Positions 38,077-46,823 of a stretch of DNA of 64,000 nucleotides are shown here, in pieces (the first letter of the stretch is position 1; every line of letters starts with the position of its first letter). The stretch comes from an uncultured Acidobacteriaceae bacterium (GTDB lineage Bacteria > Acidobacteriota > Terriglobia > Terriglobales > Acidobacteriaceae): NCBI GenBank assembly GCA_963797255.1, contig CAWCOV010000041.1, forward strand, positions 19,516 to 83,515, read 5' to 3'. Under the pieces are notes generated by a model. That model was given only the letters and a program-made list of their open reading frames with translations, was not told where the DNA came from and made no database searches. Both the position numbers and the translations under genes were made by a program.

Positions 38077-38988
38077 CTACTGGCTGACAGGCACCATCGT
38101 AGGGTAGATCAGTTTGATCCCCGAAGTTTCCATCTTCAATCGGAGTGACACCAGCCCGTTCTGGGGCTTCGTATGCGAATTGAAGCCTAGTTCGTATTGA
38201 TTCATCAGAATCCCGTTCAGGTCCTGCAGAAACGGCACTAGCGAGACTGGGTTTCCCGCTCCCCAATAGAGACTCTTGCCGCCAGTATCGGTCGTAAGCT
38301 GGCTCAGGTAATTCTGCCCAGCGGAGACTACTGCTGGGTCCGCAGCCAGCGCGCCCGCGCCGCGCCAGTAGATGGAATACACGACGATATTGCCCCGTTG
38401 CGCGTCGCGAATCGCGGCTGACACATTGGGGTTGTTGGAATTGAATTCGAGACCGCCGTAACGGTCCACGCCATCGGTGATCATCAGAACTTCGCGCCTG
38501 CCGCTCGCGCCCTCAGCTGGCCACTGCTTCGCCACCTGCGACATGGTGAAATAGGGGCTGCCGCCGCCTCGGATGCTCTGCGGCATTCGCAGCGACTTGG
38601 CGGCCAACTCATGATCCTTGGTAAAGTTCTGCGCCATCATCGCGCCACCGTTCAGCATGTAGCCGACGCCCACCATGGTCGTATCCGGTAGTTTCTGGAT
38701 GAAGGCGCGGATGTCATTCAACTGGCCAGACAAACCTCCAGCAGACGTGTCGTCGATCAGGATCAGCAACTGCAGCGCTCCGTTGCTCCCGGTGAACGGC
38801 TTCCACACGGTGATCGGAGTGCGCTTCCCGCCCTCGAAAACAAGCACGTTTTCGCCTTGGATCGGGTCAGTGTTTCCGGCCTTGCGTTGGATGGTCACGA
38901 TCGTGTGAACGGACTGCGCCACAAGGGAGGTGCCGAATGCAATAGTGCAGCAAAGAACCAGCTGTTTGAGAACGAATCGCTGCGCCAT
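38077..38988 (-). CDS. secreted VWA-like protein (VWFA-related acidobacterial-type domain)
   Basis: Signal peptide MAQRFVLKQLVLCCTIAFGTSLVAQS. LLILIDDTSAGG (degenerate MIDAS), VLMITDGVD, IVVYSIY, QLTTDTGG and C-terminal NQYELGF pattern. The maximal ORF extends to 39012. Confidence 0.65.
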   Translation of the reverse strand: MAQRFVLKQLVLCCTIAFGTSLVAQSVHTIVTIQRKAGNTDPIQGENVLVFEGGKRTPITVWKPFTGSNGALQLLILIDDTSAGGLSGQLNDIRAFIQKLPDTTMVGVGYMLNGGAMMAQNFTKDHELAAKSLRMPQSIRGGGSPYFTMSQVAKQWPAEGASGRREVLMITDGVDRYGGLEFNSNNPNVSAAIRDAQRGNIVVYSIYWRGAGALAADPAVVSAGQNYLSQLTTDTGGKSLYWGAGNPVSLVPFLQDLNGILMNQYELGFNSHTKPQNGLVSLRLKMETSGIKLIYPTMVPVSQ

Positions 38989-39108
38989 TCCTGAGTACCC
39001 CATTTCGGCCAAACTCAGCCTGCGTGTTGATAACAGAAGTCATGGCCCGGTAGCAAATTGAACCTGTTCGGGTCAGAAGCAGGACGCTGCGTGTATGCTT
39101 TTCAGGAA

Positions 39109-39933
39109 ATGAAGCGAATCATTACTGCGGCCATCCTCATCCCCCTGGTTCTGGTGCTCATCTTTAAAGCCCCCTTTTGGCTTATGCCGATCCTCGCGGG
39201 TGTCGTGGCTTTGCCGGCGGCATGGGAATTTCTGGGGCTGGCAAACGCGAGCGGAGCCCGTACGCCCAAGATCCTGGTGCTCGCTTCGATCGCAGTGCTT
39301 CTCTACTTCAGCTTTCGCCAGTCCTACCAAGTACCCCCTGTTCTAAGTGGACTTAGCCTGCTGATTTTCGTGTACTGCGCGTTCCGCGGGCCGCTGGAAA
39401 GCATTTTGAAAGATGTTGGATCCTCAATCTTTTGTTTGGTTTACATCGGCCTGTCGATGGCGACAATTCCCTGGCTGGCCGCGCAGGAGAACGGCCCATC
39501 TCTCCTAACCTATTTGTTATGTGTGGTATGGTCCGGGGATACGCTGGCCCTCTACATCGGAAAAGCCTACGGTCGCCACAAACTGGCCCCAGAACTCAGC
39601 CCCAACAAGACTTGGGAGGGCTCGGTTGCCTCCATGGTCGGCAGCATACTGATAACATTGCTCTTAACCTTCCTTGCTACGCTCCTGGCCCGTCGTGGAA
39701 GCACCCTGCTTTCCTATCCCGGATCAGTCTACAGGTGGATTTTTCTCGCAGTTTTGCTCAATATCGCCGCTCAAGTGGGCGATTTGGTCGAATCTGCAAT
39801 CAAAAGAGGCGCCGGCGTGAAGGACTCAGGAACGCTGCTTCCGGGGCATGGAGGCATGCTGGACCGCATTGATGCGCTGCTGTTGGCGGCTCCGGTGCTG
39901 TGGTACGCTCAACTAGTGCAGCAGCCTTTTTAG
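39109..39933 (+). CDS. cdsA: phosphatidate cytidylyltransferase
   Basis: Polytopic. KTWEGSVASMVGS and C-terminal GHGGMLDRIDALL signature. Confidence 0.9.
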   Translation: MKRIITAAILIPLVLVLIFKAPFWLMPILAGVVALPAAWEFLGLANASGARTPKILVLASIAVLLYFSFRQSYQVPPVLSGLSLLIFVYCAFRGPLESILKDVGSSIFCLVYIGLSMATIPWLAAQENGPSLLTYLLCVVWSGDTLALYIGKAYGRHKLAPELSPNKTWEGSVASMVGSILITLLLTFLATLLARRGSTLLSYPGSVYRWIFLAVLLNIAAQVGDLVESAIKRGAGVKDSGTLLPGHGGMLDRIDALLLAAPVLWYAQLVQQPF

Positions 39934-39949
39934 TGCAGCCGCCTTTTAA

Positions 39950-41152
39950 GTGAATAGACTTATCAAGCAGGTCGCGATTCTCGGCTCCACCGGCTCCATC
40001 GGCACGAGCACCCTCTCCATCATCGAGTCCTATCCTGAGCGATTCGCCGTCGCTGCGCTTGCGGCTGGGCGGAACGTGGAATTGGCGTTTGCCCAGTGTG
40101 ATCGCTGGCGCCCACGCGTCGTTTCCATGGCGACAGATGAGCTTGCCGCGGATCTCTCCGCCAGATTGAAAATGGCCGGGATTACCGGGATCGAGATTGT
40201 TTACGGCACCGCAGGAACTGTCCACGTCGCTACGCTTCGCGAGGTTGACTTCGTAGTCTCGGCAATCGTCGGTGTATCCGGGCTGGAAGCGACGTATGCC
40301 GCAGTGCAGGCAGGCAAGCCGATCGGGCTGGCCAACAAAGAGTGCATGGTGGCTGCTGGCGAGATCCTTACCCGCGCGGCCCGGGCAAAAGGCGTGCCGC
40401 TGCTTCCCATCGATTCCGAGCACAATGCGATTCACCAATGCATGCGCGGAGGCACAAAGGCCGAAGTGCGCCGTATCTGGCTCACAGCTTCCGGCGGTCC
40501 GTTTCGGACGCTTCCACTCGACCAGTTCGAGCAAATCACGGTCGAACAGGCACTTAAGCATCCCACATGGGTGATGGGCCAGCGGATCACAATTGATTCC
40601 GCCACAATGCTGAACAAGGGCCTCGAAATTATTGAGGCATGCCGACTGTTCGATTTGCCTCCTTCATCCGTCAAAGTAACAGTGCATCCGCAATCGACCG
40701 TTCACTCGTTAGTGGAGTATGTCGACGGGAGCATTCTTGCGCAGATTTCGGTTACAGATATGCGCTTGCCGATTCTTTACGCCCTTAGCTTTCCGGAACG
40801 CATCGAATCAGAGTTGACATTTGATATGGCTCAACTTGGGCACCTGGAATTCGAGCAACCGGATTTCGAGCGATTCCCTTGTCTTCGACTGGCCTATGAA
40901 GCAGCCGAAATTGGCGGAGCTCATTGCATTGCTTTGAACGCCGCCGATGAAGTTGCAGTAGCTGCATTCCTCGAAAGACGCATCCCGTTCATGGGCATTC
41001 CGCGTACAATCGAGGGAGTGCTCGAAGCCACGCCGGAGAGCCATCCGTCGACGATTCAGGAAGTGCTTGGGCTTGACCAAGAAGCACGCCGAATTGCAGA
41101 AAGGGTTCTCGCTGGCGCTGGGCGTGAATCCGCAGTTGCTCCACTCGGTTAA
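39950..41152 (+). CDS. dxr: 1-deoxy-D-xylulose 5-phosphate reductoisomerase
   Basis: ILGSTGSIGTSTL, LANKECMV, IDSEHNAI, LTASGGPFR and HPTWVMG motifs. Confidence 0.95.
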   Translation: MNRLIKQVAILGSTGSIGTSTLSIIESYPERFAVAALAAGRNVELAFAQCDRWRPRVVSMATDELAADLSARLKMAGITGIEIVYGTAGTVHVATLREVDFVVSAIVGVSGLEATYAAVQAGKPIGLANKECMVAAGEILTRAARAKGVPLLPIDSEHNAIHQCMRGGTKAEVRRIWLTASGGPFRTLPLDQFEQITVEQALKHPTWVMGQRITIDSATMLNKGLEIIEACRLFDLPPSSVKVTVHPQSTVHSLVEYVDGSILAQISVTDMRLPILYALSFPERIESELTFDMAQLGHLEFEQPDFERFPCLRLAYEAAEIGGAHCIALNAADEVAVAAFLERRIPFMGIPRTIEGVLEATPESHPSTIQEVLGLDQEARRIAERVLAGAGRESAVAPLG

Positions 41153-41189
41153 ACAGTCAGCACGGAACACGACAGGTCCGACCTAAACT

Positions 41190-42551
41190 ATGCCTTTCGC
41201 TCTTACTGCTACTCTCTCCATGCTCGTGGTTCTCGGCATCATGGTGCTGGTTCACGAGTTCGGCCACTTCGCTGTCGCCAAGCTTTGCGGCGTGCGGGTG
41301 GAAGTTTTTTCCATCGGTTTTGGCAAGCGCCTGTTCGGCTTCAAGCGTGGCGACACCGATTACCGCATCAGCCTGCTGCCCCTGGGCGGCTACGTGAAGA
41401 TGACGGGGGAAAACCCCAACGAAGAGCACTCCGGAGAACCCGGGGAATTTACTTCCCATCCTCGCTGGCAACGCATTCTGATTGGCATTGCAGGCCCCGC
41501 AGCGAACTTCATTCTCGCGTTCGCGCTGATGACCGGCTTCTACATGATGCACGACGAGGTGCCCCTCTATCCCTCGATGGCGGCGATTCCCGATTTCGTT
41601 CCGGACAATACGCCCGCTGCGCTTGCCGGCATCAAGGCAGGAGACCGCATCGTTCTGTTTGATGGAACCGAGAATCCCACCTGGGAGCAGCTCCGCATCC
41701 GTGCACTGATCAACATGAATCAGACGGTTCCTGTCGTGCTTGATCGCAATGGTGAGCACATCAACACTCAGTTGCACATCGAGAACAAAGACCGCGGCGA
41801 TGACTTCGACATGCCTGACCTCGGCCTGTTGCCTCGCGTGCAGGAAACACCGCTGGTGGTGAAGGCGATTGAGCCCAATATGCCTGCCCTCAAAGCAGGA
41901 CTGCAGCCCGGCGACAAGATTCTTTCGGTTAACGGAATGGAACTCCACTCCGTCTATGCCGTCCTCGCTTACCTGCAACAGGATTCCGGGAAGCCTGTCG
42001 TGTTGAAGGTCAGCCGCGATGGTCAAATCATCGACCTGAACCTGGTCCCTGCCATGACAGATGATGGCGCAGGTCATCGCATCTATCGGCTTGGTTTCGA
42101 GCCCATGCAGCCGCCATTTAAGGTTCAGCAACTGGGATTGATCCCCGCAGTCCGGCAGTCGTTGTCATTCAACATCAAGAATTCCGGATTGATACTTGAA
42201 GTCCTGAAGCGGATGTTTACCCGGCACATTGCGATGGAAAATCTCAGCGGTCCAATCGGCATTGCCCGACAGACCGGCCTTGCAGTCACCATGCCGGGAT
42301 GGCAGCCCATCATTGGACTGATGGCCGTAATCAGCTTGAATCTGGGCATCTTTAACCTGCTGCCCATTCCCATTCTCGACGGCGGTCTGATTCTTCTGCT
42401 GATGATCGAGGGCCTTATCCGGCGCGACATCAATCAGCAATTCAAGGAGCGGATCTACCAGGTGGCCTTCGTTGTCCTGGTGCTCTTCGCGGTCTTCGTA
42501 ATGTTCAACGACTTCGCGAAGCTGTCGATCTTCTCAAAGGTTCATCCGTAA
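41190..42551 (+). CDS. rseP: RIP metalloprotease RseP (site-2 protease, PDZ-containing)
   Basis: HEFGHF zinc motif, PDZ-like segments, and C-terminal NLLPIPILDGG. Confidence 0.9.
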   Translation: MPFALTATLSMLVVLGIMVLVHEFGHFAVAKLCGVRVEVFSIGFGKRLFGFKRGDTDYRISLLPLGGYVKMTGENPNEEHSGEPGEFTSHPRWQRILIGIAGPAANFILAFALMTGFYMMHDEVPLYPSMAAIPDFVPDNTPAALAGIKAGDRIVLFDGTENPTWEQLRIRALINMNQTVPVVLDRNGEHINTQLHIENKDRGDDFDMPDLGLLPRVQETPLVVKAIEPNMPALKAGLQPGDKILSVNGMELHSVYAVLAYLQQDSGKPVVLKVSRDGQIIDLNLVPAMTDDGAGHRIYRLGFEPMQPPFKVQQLGLIPAVRQSLSFNIKNSGLILEVLKRMFTRHIAMENLSGPIGIARQTGLAVTMPGWQPIIGLMAVISLNLGIFNLLPIPILDGGLILLLMIEGLIRRDINQQFKERIYQVAFVVLVLFAVFVMFNDFAKLSIFSKVHP

Positions 42552-42571
42552 CGAAAACAGTATTTGCCGAG

Positions 42572-42604
42572 AAGGTCCGTGCTGTTTGCGCGGACCTTTT
42601 CATT
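42572..42604. terminator. bidirectional intrinsic terminator
   Basis: Stem GGTCCGTGC (42574-42582) / GCGCGGACC (42588-42596) with one G-U pair. TTTT follows on the plus strand and AA precedes. It lies between the convergent rseP and small ORF. Confidence 0.65.
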
Positions 42605-42610
42605 TGTGCG

Positions 42611-42775
42611 CTAGGCTTGCCAGGTGAAACCACAGTTTGGACATTGGCTCGGCTTTCTTCCGGCGATCAGCGATAGAAGACCGAAAGGGAAGAAGCAGAT
42701 CGATATCAAGATGACCCACAGCGGATAAAACGCGCGATGGGTTGCTGTGCCGCATTTTGGACAGGAAACAGTCAC
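42611..42775 (-). CDS. unlisted 54-aa membrane zinc-ribbon protein (CxxC - TM - CxxC, LITAF-like layout)
   Basis: AGGAG lies 6 nt before GTG 42775. Translation is VTVSCPKCGTATHRAFYPLWVILISICFFPFGLLSLIAGRKPSQCPNCGFTWQA. Stop at 42611-42613, just before the terminator hairpin. The SD overlaps the TAG of the upstream DUF2752 gene. Confidence 0.6.
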   Translation of the reverse strand: MTVSCPKCGTATHRAFYPLWVILISICFFPFGLLSLIAGRKPSQCPNCGFTWQA

Positions 42776-42784
42776 GGGAATCTC

Positions 42785-43216
42785 CTATGAGTGCAGGTGA
42801 AGTAAGGTGAAAATCCAGCTTGCAAACAACACTACAGCAGTGAATTTTGCCAGCCAGCGCGATCCGGTTACGACGAACGGCGAGGTCCTTTCATTAACAA
42901 TGGCGAGTGGACGGCAACAGATTTGAAAAAAGATGGCAACAGAGATCAATAGCCCTGCGGGATTGGCAAGCAGACTGCCCCGAATGTCGAGCGCGAGAGC
43001 CAGCAGAATTGCGTGAGTGACGCCGCAACCAGGACACGGTACCCCAGTGAGGCTACGGAAGACGCAGAAGTGCGGCACAAGGTGCGCCAATGGCAGCAAA
43101 GCAAGCACCAACAAATTTGAAATGAGGTAGCAGAGGTGGACACGCGCCTGCTCATCCAGCTTTCGTTCCACGCCAAGAGCGAGGAAGAGACGGGATGGGA
43201 AGAAACAGATCTCCAT
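42785..43216 (-). CDS. DUF2752 domain membrane protein
   Basis: CVFRSLTGVPCPGCGVTHA signature between hydrophobic segments. Start is uncertain. Confidence 0.7.
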   Translation of the reverse strand: MEICFFPSRLFLALGVERKLDEQARVHLCYLISNLLVLALLPLAHLVPHFCVFRSLTGVPCPGCGVTHAILLALALDIRGSLLANPAGLLISVAIFFQICCRPLAIVNERTSPFVVTGSRWLAKFTAVVLFASWIFTLLHLHS

Positions 43217-43340
43217 AGGCTACTCGAGTTCCACTTCCGAAAACAGAACGCTCTATTTAATCACAGCGGCACATTGCGAAGGATGCTCCATTCTGATTCG
43301 ATGCCGCTTGCCGTCGCGGAGTGTTTAAACTGGAATCACC

Positions 43341-43793
43341 ATGTCATCTCATGCACCTTCCCGCAGCACAGTTCGCGTTCGCTACGCTGAGACCGACCAG
43401 ATGGGCGTTGTCTATTACGCGAACTATTTCATCTGGTTCGAAATCGGCAGGGTTGAGCTTTTGCGTCAGCTCGGCTTCGATTACAAGGAAATGGAGTTGG
43501 CAGATGACTGTCATCTGCCGGTTGTCGAGGCGCAATGCCGTTATCGCGCCTCCGCACGATACGACGACGAGATCGTAATTGAAACGCGAGTGACGGGTAT
43601 GCGCAGCTTCATGATGAAGTTTGGCTATCGTGTGCTGCGCGAGTCTGACTCGCTCCTGCTTGCCGAGGGAGAGACGGTACACGTGGTTTGCGATCGCACC
43701 ATGACGAAAAAAGCGCTTCCCGCCAAATACGGCGATGCCATTCGCGCATCCATACCGCATGCGAGTGGCGAGACTTTGCCTCAGCAGTCGTAG
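43341..43793 (+). CDS. acyl-CoA thioesterase (4HBT/YbgC family)
   Basis: VRVRYAETDQMGVVYYANYFIWFEIGRVELLR hotdog-fold signature. Confidence 0.85.
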   Translation: MSSHAPSRSTVRVRYAETDQMGVVYYANYFIWFEIGRVELLRQLGFDYKEMELADDCHLPVVEAQCRYRASARYDDEIVIETRVTGMRSFMMKFGYRVLRESDSLLLAEGETVHVVCDRTMTKKALPAKYGDAIRASIPHASGETLPQQS

Positions 43794-43794
43794 A

Positions 43795-44217
43795 TCAGGC
43801 AGCGACGCCGCGAGGCTTCACGTTGTCGCGGATGAAGTTCACGGTGGCGTCGAGCGATGTTCCGGGGCCGAAGATTGCGGCCACGCCATGCGATTTCAAG
43901 AATTCGATGTCCTGCTGTGGAATGGTTCCGCCGAGCACGACGAGAATATCGCCCGCCCCACGTTCCTTCAGCAGGGCAGTCACGCGCGGCACGATTGCAT
44001 TGTGCGCGCCTGACAGAATGCTGAGGCCGACGCAGTCCACATCTTCCTGGATCGCCGCATTCACAATCATCTCCGGCGTCTGGCGAAGTCCGGTGTAGAT
44101 AACTTCCATGCCCGCATCGCGCAGAGCCCGAGCGATGACCTTCGCTCCCCGGTCGTGCCCGTCAAGGCCTGGCTTGGCTACCAACACGCGGATCGGAGTA
44201 ACGGGAGCTTCGGTCAT
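43795..44217 (-). CDS. cobalamin-binding domain protein (methylmalonyl-CoA mutase small subunit type)
   Basis: [34 protein letters not shown] (DxHxxG B12 motif) and GLSILSGAH. Confidence 0.85.
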   Translation of the reverse strand: MTEAPVTPIRVLVAKPGLDGHDRGAKVIARALRDAGMEVIYTGLRQTPEMIVNAAIQEDVDCVGLSILSGAHNAIVPRVTALLKERGAGDILVVLGGTIPQQDIEFLKSHGVAAIFGPGTSLDATVNFIRDNVKPRGVAA

Positions 44218-44312
44218 GGTCGTTCACTCCATCTTAAGCCCCGAAAGAGTATCACGGACGTCAATCGACCGGCAGCGCAGATTTGCGGTTTGAAATCGGG
44301 ATTTGTATCGAG

Positions 44313-45302
44313 CTATTTCTCGCGTGCCACGACGAAATCGGGAACCCACAGCAGCGCGCGTTTGTAATCGGAGTAGGGAAGCGAGCCAAGCGAAGTGCGT
44401 GCGATTTCCGCGTATCGGAAAGCCGCTTGCATGGCGTATTCGACAGATCCATTGCGGGTGAGGATGTCGACGATCTGCTTATGTTGCACGTGCTCAAAGC
44501 TGCGATCGTCCAGCATCTGCAGAATTGCTTCGCGGTCCGCGGATGTGCCGTTTTCAAGCGAGTGGATGACCGCCAACGTCGCCTTGCCCTCGCGCAGATC
44601 GCTGGCCACTGGCTTGCCAAGCACATCTTCGGATGCGGTAAGGTCAAGAACGTCGTCCACGATCTGAAATGCCAGTCCGAGATTGCGCCCGTATTCGCCA
44701 AGCTGTTCCTCGAGTGCGTCCGTCGCTCCTGCGAGGACCGATCCGAGGCGCATGGAGACATGGAAGAGGCACGCAGTCTTGCGATAAATGAGGTCGTAAT
44801 ACTCTTTTTCGGAGATGGCGAGGCCGAGTTTCTCAATCTGAAGAAGTTCGCCTTCCACCATCTGCTGCGTCAGGCTGATGAGCAGGTCGAGGACCTTGAA
44901 GCTGCGCTCTTCAAGAGACACGCGAAACGCCTGCATGTAAAGCCAATCGCCTGCGAGGACGCACTTCTCATTGCCCCAGGTGGTGTTCGCTGAAGGCCGC
45001 CCGCGGCGCATGTCTGCCCCGTCGATGATGTCGTCGTGAACCAAGGTCGCGGTGTGCACCATCTCTACTACGGCGCCCAGGCGGATCATTCCGTGCCCGG
45101 TGAAGCCCTGGGATTTGGCAGCGAGCAGCAGCAGCAGCGGACGAATTCGTTTTCCGCCGCCGGCTCGAAGATAGTCGGCAATTTCGGTGATGGCTCCGAC
45201 GTTAGACACGGCATCGGCGCCCAACTCGCGCTCAATCGCGCGCAGATCATCGCCGAGCAGGTCAAAGACCTCTTTCGCCGTCGCTATCGCCAGTGTATTC
45301 AC
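44313..45302 (-). CDS. ispB: long-chain polyprenyl diphosphate synthase (octaprenyl/heptaprenyl type)
   Basis: LVHDDIIDGADMRRGRPS (DDxxD without insertion) and FQIVDDVLD. Confidence 0.8.
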   Translation of the reverse strand: MNTLAIATAKEVFDLLGDDLRAIERELGADAVSNVGAITEIADYLRAGGGKRIRPLLLLLAAKSQGFTGHGMIRLGAVVEMVHTATLVHDDIIDGADMRRGRPSANTTWGNEKCVLAGDWLYMQAFRVSLEERSFKVLDLLISLTQQMVEGELLQIEKLGLAISEKEYYDLIYRKTACLFHVSMRLGSVLAGATDALEEQLGEYGRNLGLAFQIVDDVLDLTASEDVLGKPVASDLREGKATLAVIHSLENGTSADREAILQMLDDRSFEHVQHKQIVDILTRNGSVEYAMQAAFRYAEIARTSLGSLPYSDYKRALLWVPDFVVAREK

Positions 45303-45403
45303 TCAATCTCCCAGCCGTTGCCCGAGTTTTCCGGGGTTTGACTATCTTGCTTTCTCACTAAAAATTCGATTCAAACCCGCTATGGCCCGAGACCTTCAAC
45401 AAA

Positions 45404-45904
45404 CTAGTTCGACCGGTAATTGGTGAACTGCATATCGATACCGAAATCATGCCCTTTCAGCAGTGCAATTGTCTCCTGTAATGCGTCGCGGTCCTTTCCG
45501 CTGATGCGTACAGAGTCGCCCTGGATCGATCCCTGAACCTTTTTCTTCGAGTCCTTGATCAGTTTTACGATTTCCTTGGCCTTCTCAATGGCGATGCCCT
45601 GCTTGAGCGTGATCTTCTGGCGAACGCTTTGCCCGGCGCCTTGCTCCACCTTGCCATACTCCAGCGACTTGAGAGAAATGCCTCGCTTAACCAGCTTCTG
45701 CTGCAGGATTTCGATGACTGCCTTCAATTTGTACTCATCTGCTGACGCAAGCTGGATTGTTTCATTGCCCTCGATGGTGATTTCGGAATGCGAGTCCTTC
45801 AGATCAAATCTTGCGCGAATTTCTTTAATGGCCTGATCGACTGCATTGCGCGCTTCCTGCACATCCACTTTACTGACGATATCAAAGGAATTCTCTGCTG
45901 CCAT
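45404..45904 (-). CDS. yajQ: YajQ family nucleotide-binding protein (UPF0234)
   Basis: SFDIVSKVDVQEARNAVDQAIKEIRARFDLK is the family N-terminus. 166 aa. Confidence 0.9.
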   Translation of the reverse strand: MAAENSFDIVSKVDVQEARNAVDQAIKEIRARFDLKDSHSEITIEGNETIQLASADEYKLKAVIEILQQKLVKRGISLKSLEYGKVEQGAGQSVRQKITLKQGIAIEKAKEIVKLIKDSKKKVQGSIQGDSVRISGKDRDALQETIALLKGHDFGIDMQFTNYRSN

Positions 45905-45978
45905 CGCGTTCTCTCCGCCCCATCTCCGCGCAAACCGCGCATACCCATTATTCGTGAAAACAGCTTCGATTGGTCCGG

Positions 45979-46806
45979 CTACTGCACCTTGTCTGGTGCG
46001 AGGCCGAAAAACCGATCAAAGTTTTCCGTGGTGTGCGAAGCGATTGTTTCGGCTTCAACACCGCGAATTTCCGCAATTCTTGCCGCGACGTCCCGTACCC
46101 ATGCAGGCTCATTTCGCTTCCCTCGGTTGGGAAGCGGAGCCAGGAACGGTGCATCGGTCTCTACGAGCATACCGTCCAACGGCGCCCTTTGGGCAACTTC
46201 GCGGATGGATTGTGCTTTTGGAAAGGTTACATTACCAGCGAAGGAAAGCAGAAAGCCAAAGTCCAGAGCCTTCAAGGCGTGGTTCCATTCTCCGGTAAAG
46301 CAGTGCAGGATGCCCCCGAGCCCGGTGGATACCCACTGCTGTTCGATCATCTCCAGGGTATCGTCCCAGGCATTTGTGCTGTTATCAGAAGGCCGGCAGT
46401 GAATGATAATGGGACGCTTTCGGGCCGCTGCAATCTCCATTTGGCGGATGAAAACGCGCTTTTGCTCGTCGCGAGGAGAGTGGTCGTAGTAGTAATCCAA
46501 CCCAATCTCGCCGCACGCAATCACTTCCGGCTCCTGCAGCAACTGGTCGAGCGACGCCAGGGCGAGTTCGTCCGCAAGGCTTGCCTCGTGGGGGTGGATG
46601 CCCGCCGTAGCGAGAATCCGGGGCATTTGCGGCTGCCCTGCATATTGGCGGCTGAGTTCCAGAGCACGTTGCATGGTGGCGGGGCCGTCGCCAATGCCGA
46701 TCGAAAGCACGGTACCCACTCCTGCTTCCCAGGCACGGTGAAGCATCGCCTCGCGATCCTCGTCGTACCGGCTGCTATCGAGATGTGCGTGCGAATCTAC
46801 CAGCAA
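45979..46806 (-). CDS. tatD: TatD family metal-dependent hydrolase
   Basis: MLVDSHAHLD, IGEIGLDYYY, IIHCR and ETDAPFL motifs. Directly downstream of metG. Confidence 0.9.
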   Translation of the reverse strand: MLVDSHAHLDSSRYDEDREAMLHRAWEAGVGTVLSIGIGDGPATMQRALELSRQYAGQPQMPRILATAGIHPHEASLADELALASLDQLLQEPEVIACGEIGLDYYYDHSPRDEQKRVFIRQMEIAAARKRPIIIHCRPSDNSTNAWDDTLEMIEQQWVSTGLGGILHCFTGEWNHALKALDFGFLLSFAGNVTFPKAQSIREVAQRAPLDGMLVETDAPFLAPLPNRGKRNEPAWVRDVAARIAEIRGVEAETIASHTTENFDRFFGLAPDKVQ

Positions 46807-46823
46807 AAATTGACCCTTTCGAT

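Noticed and set aside
41157-42131. Long antisense ORFs opposite well-supported genes. Examples: 41157-42131 vs rseP, 49607-50689 vs argS, 61424-62458 vs lon, 58344-59417 vs the pseudopilin and urocanase-like genes, 45970-47040 vs tatD, 24824-25810 vs the DHH gene, 646-1383 vs the secreted ORF.
   Set aside because: These are typical shadow ORFs of GC-rich DNA. Their translations are Arg/Pro/Ser/Gly-biased and show no motifs, and each is fully overlapped by a gene with strong family signatures on the other strand.
43795-44217. Stand-alone B12-binding mutase subunit with no large subunit or B12 riboswitch nearby.
   Set aside because: Split mutases with unlinked small subunits are common, and nothing in the flanking sequence suggests an unusual system. 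It is recorded only as a feature.
45339-45365. Promoter-like TTGACT-N15-TAAAAT on the plus strand between ispB and yajQ.
   Set aside because: Both flanking genes are on the minus strand, so there is no plus-strand gene to drive, and the spacer is short.
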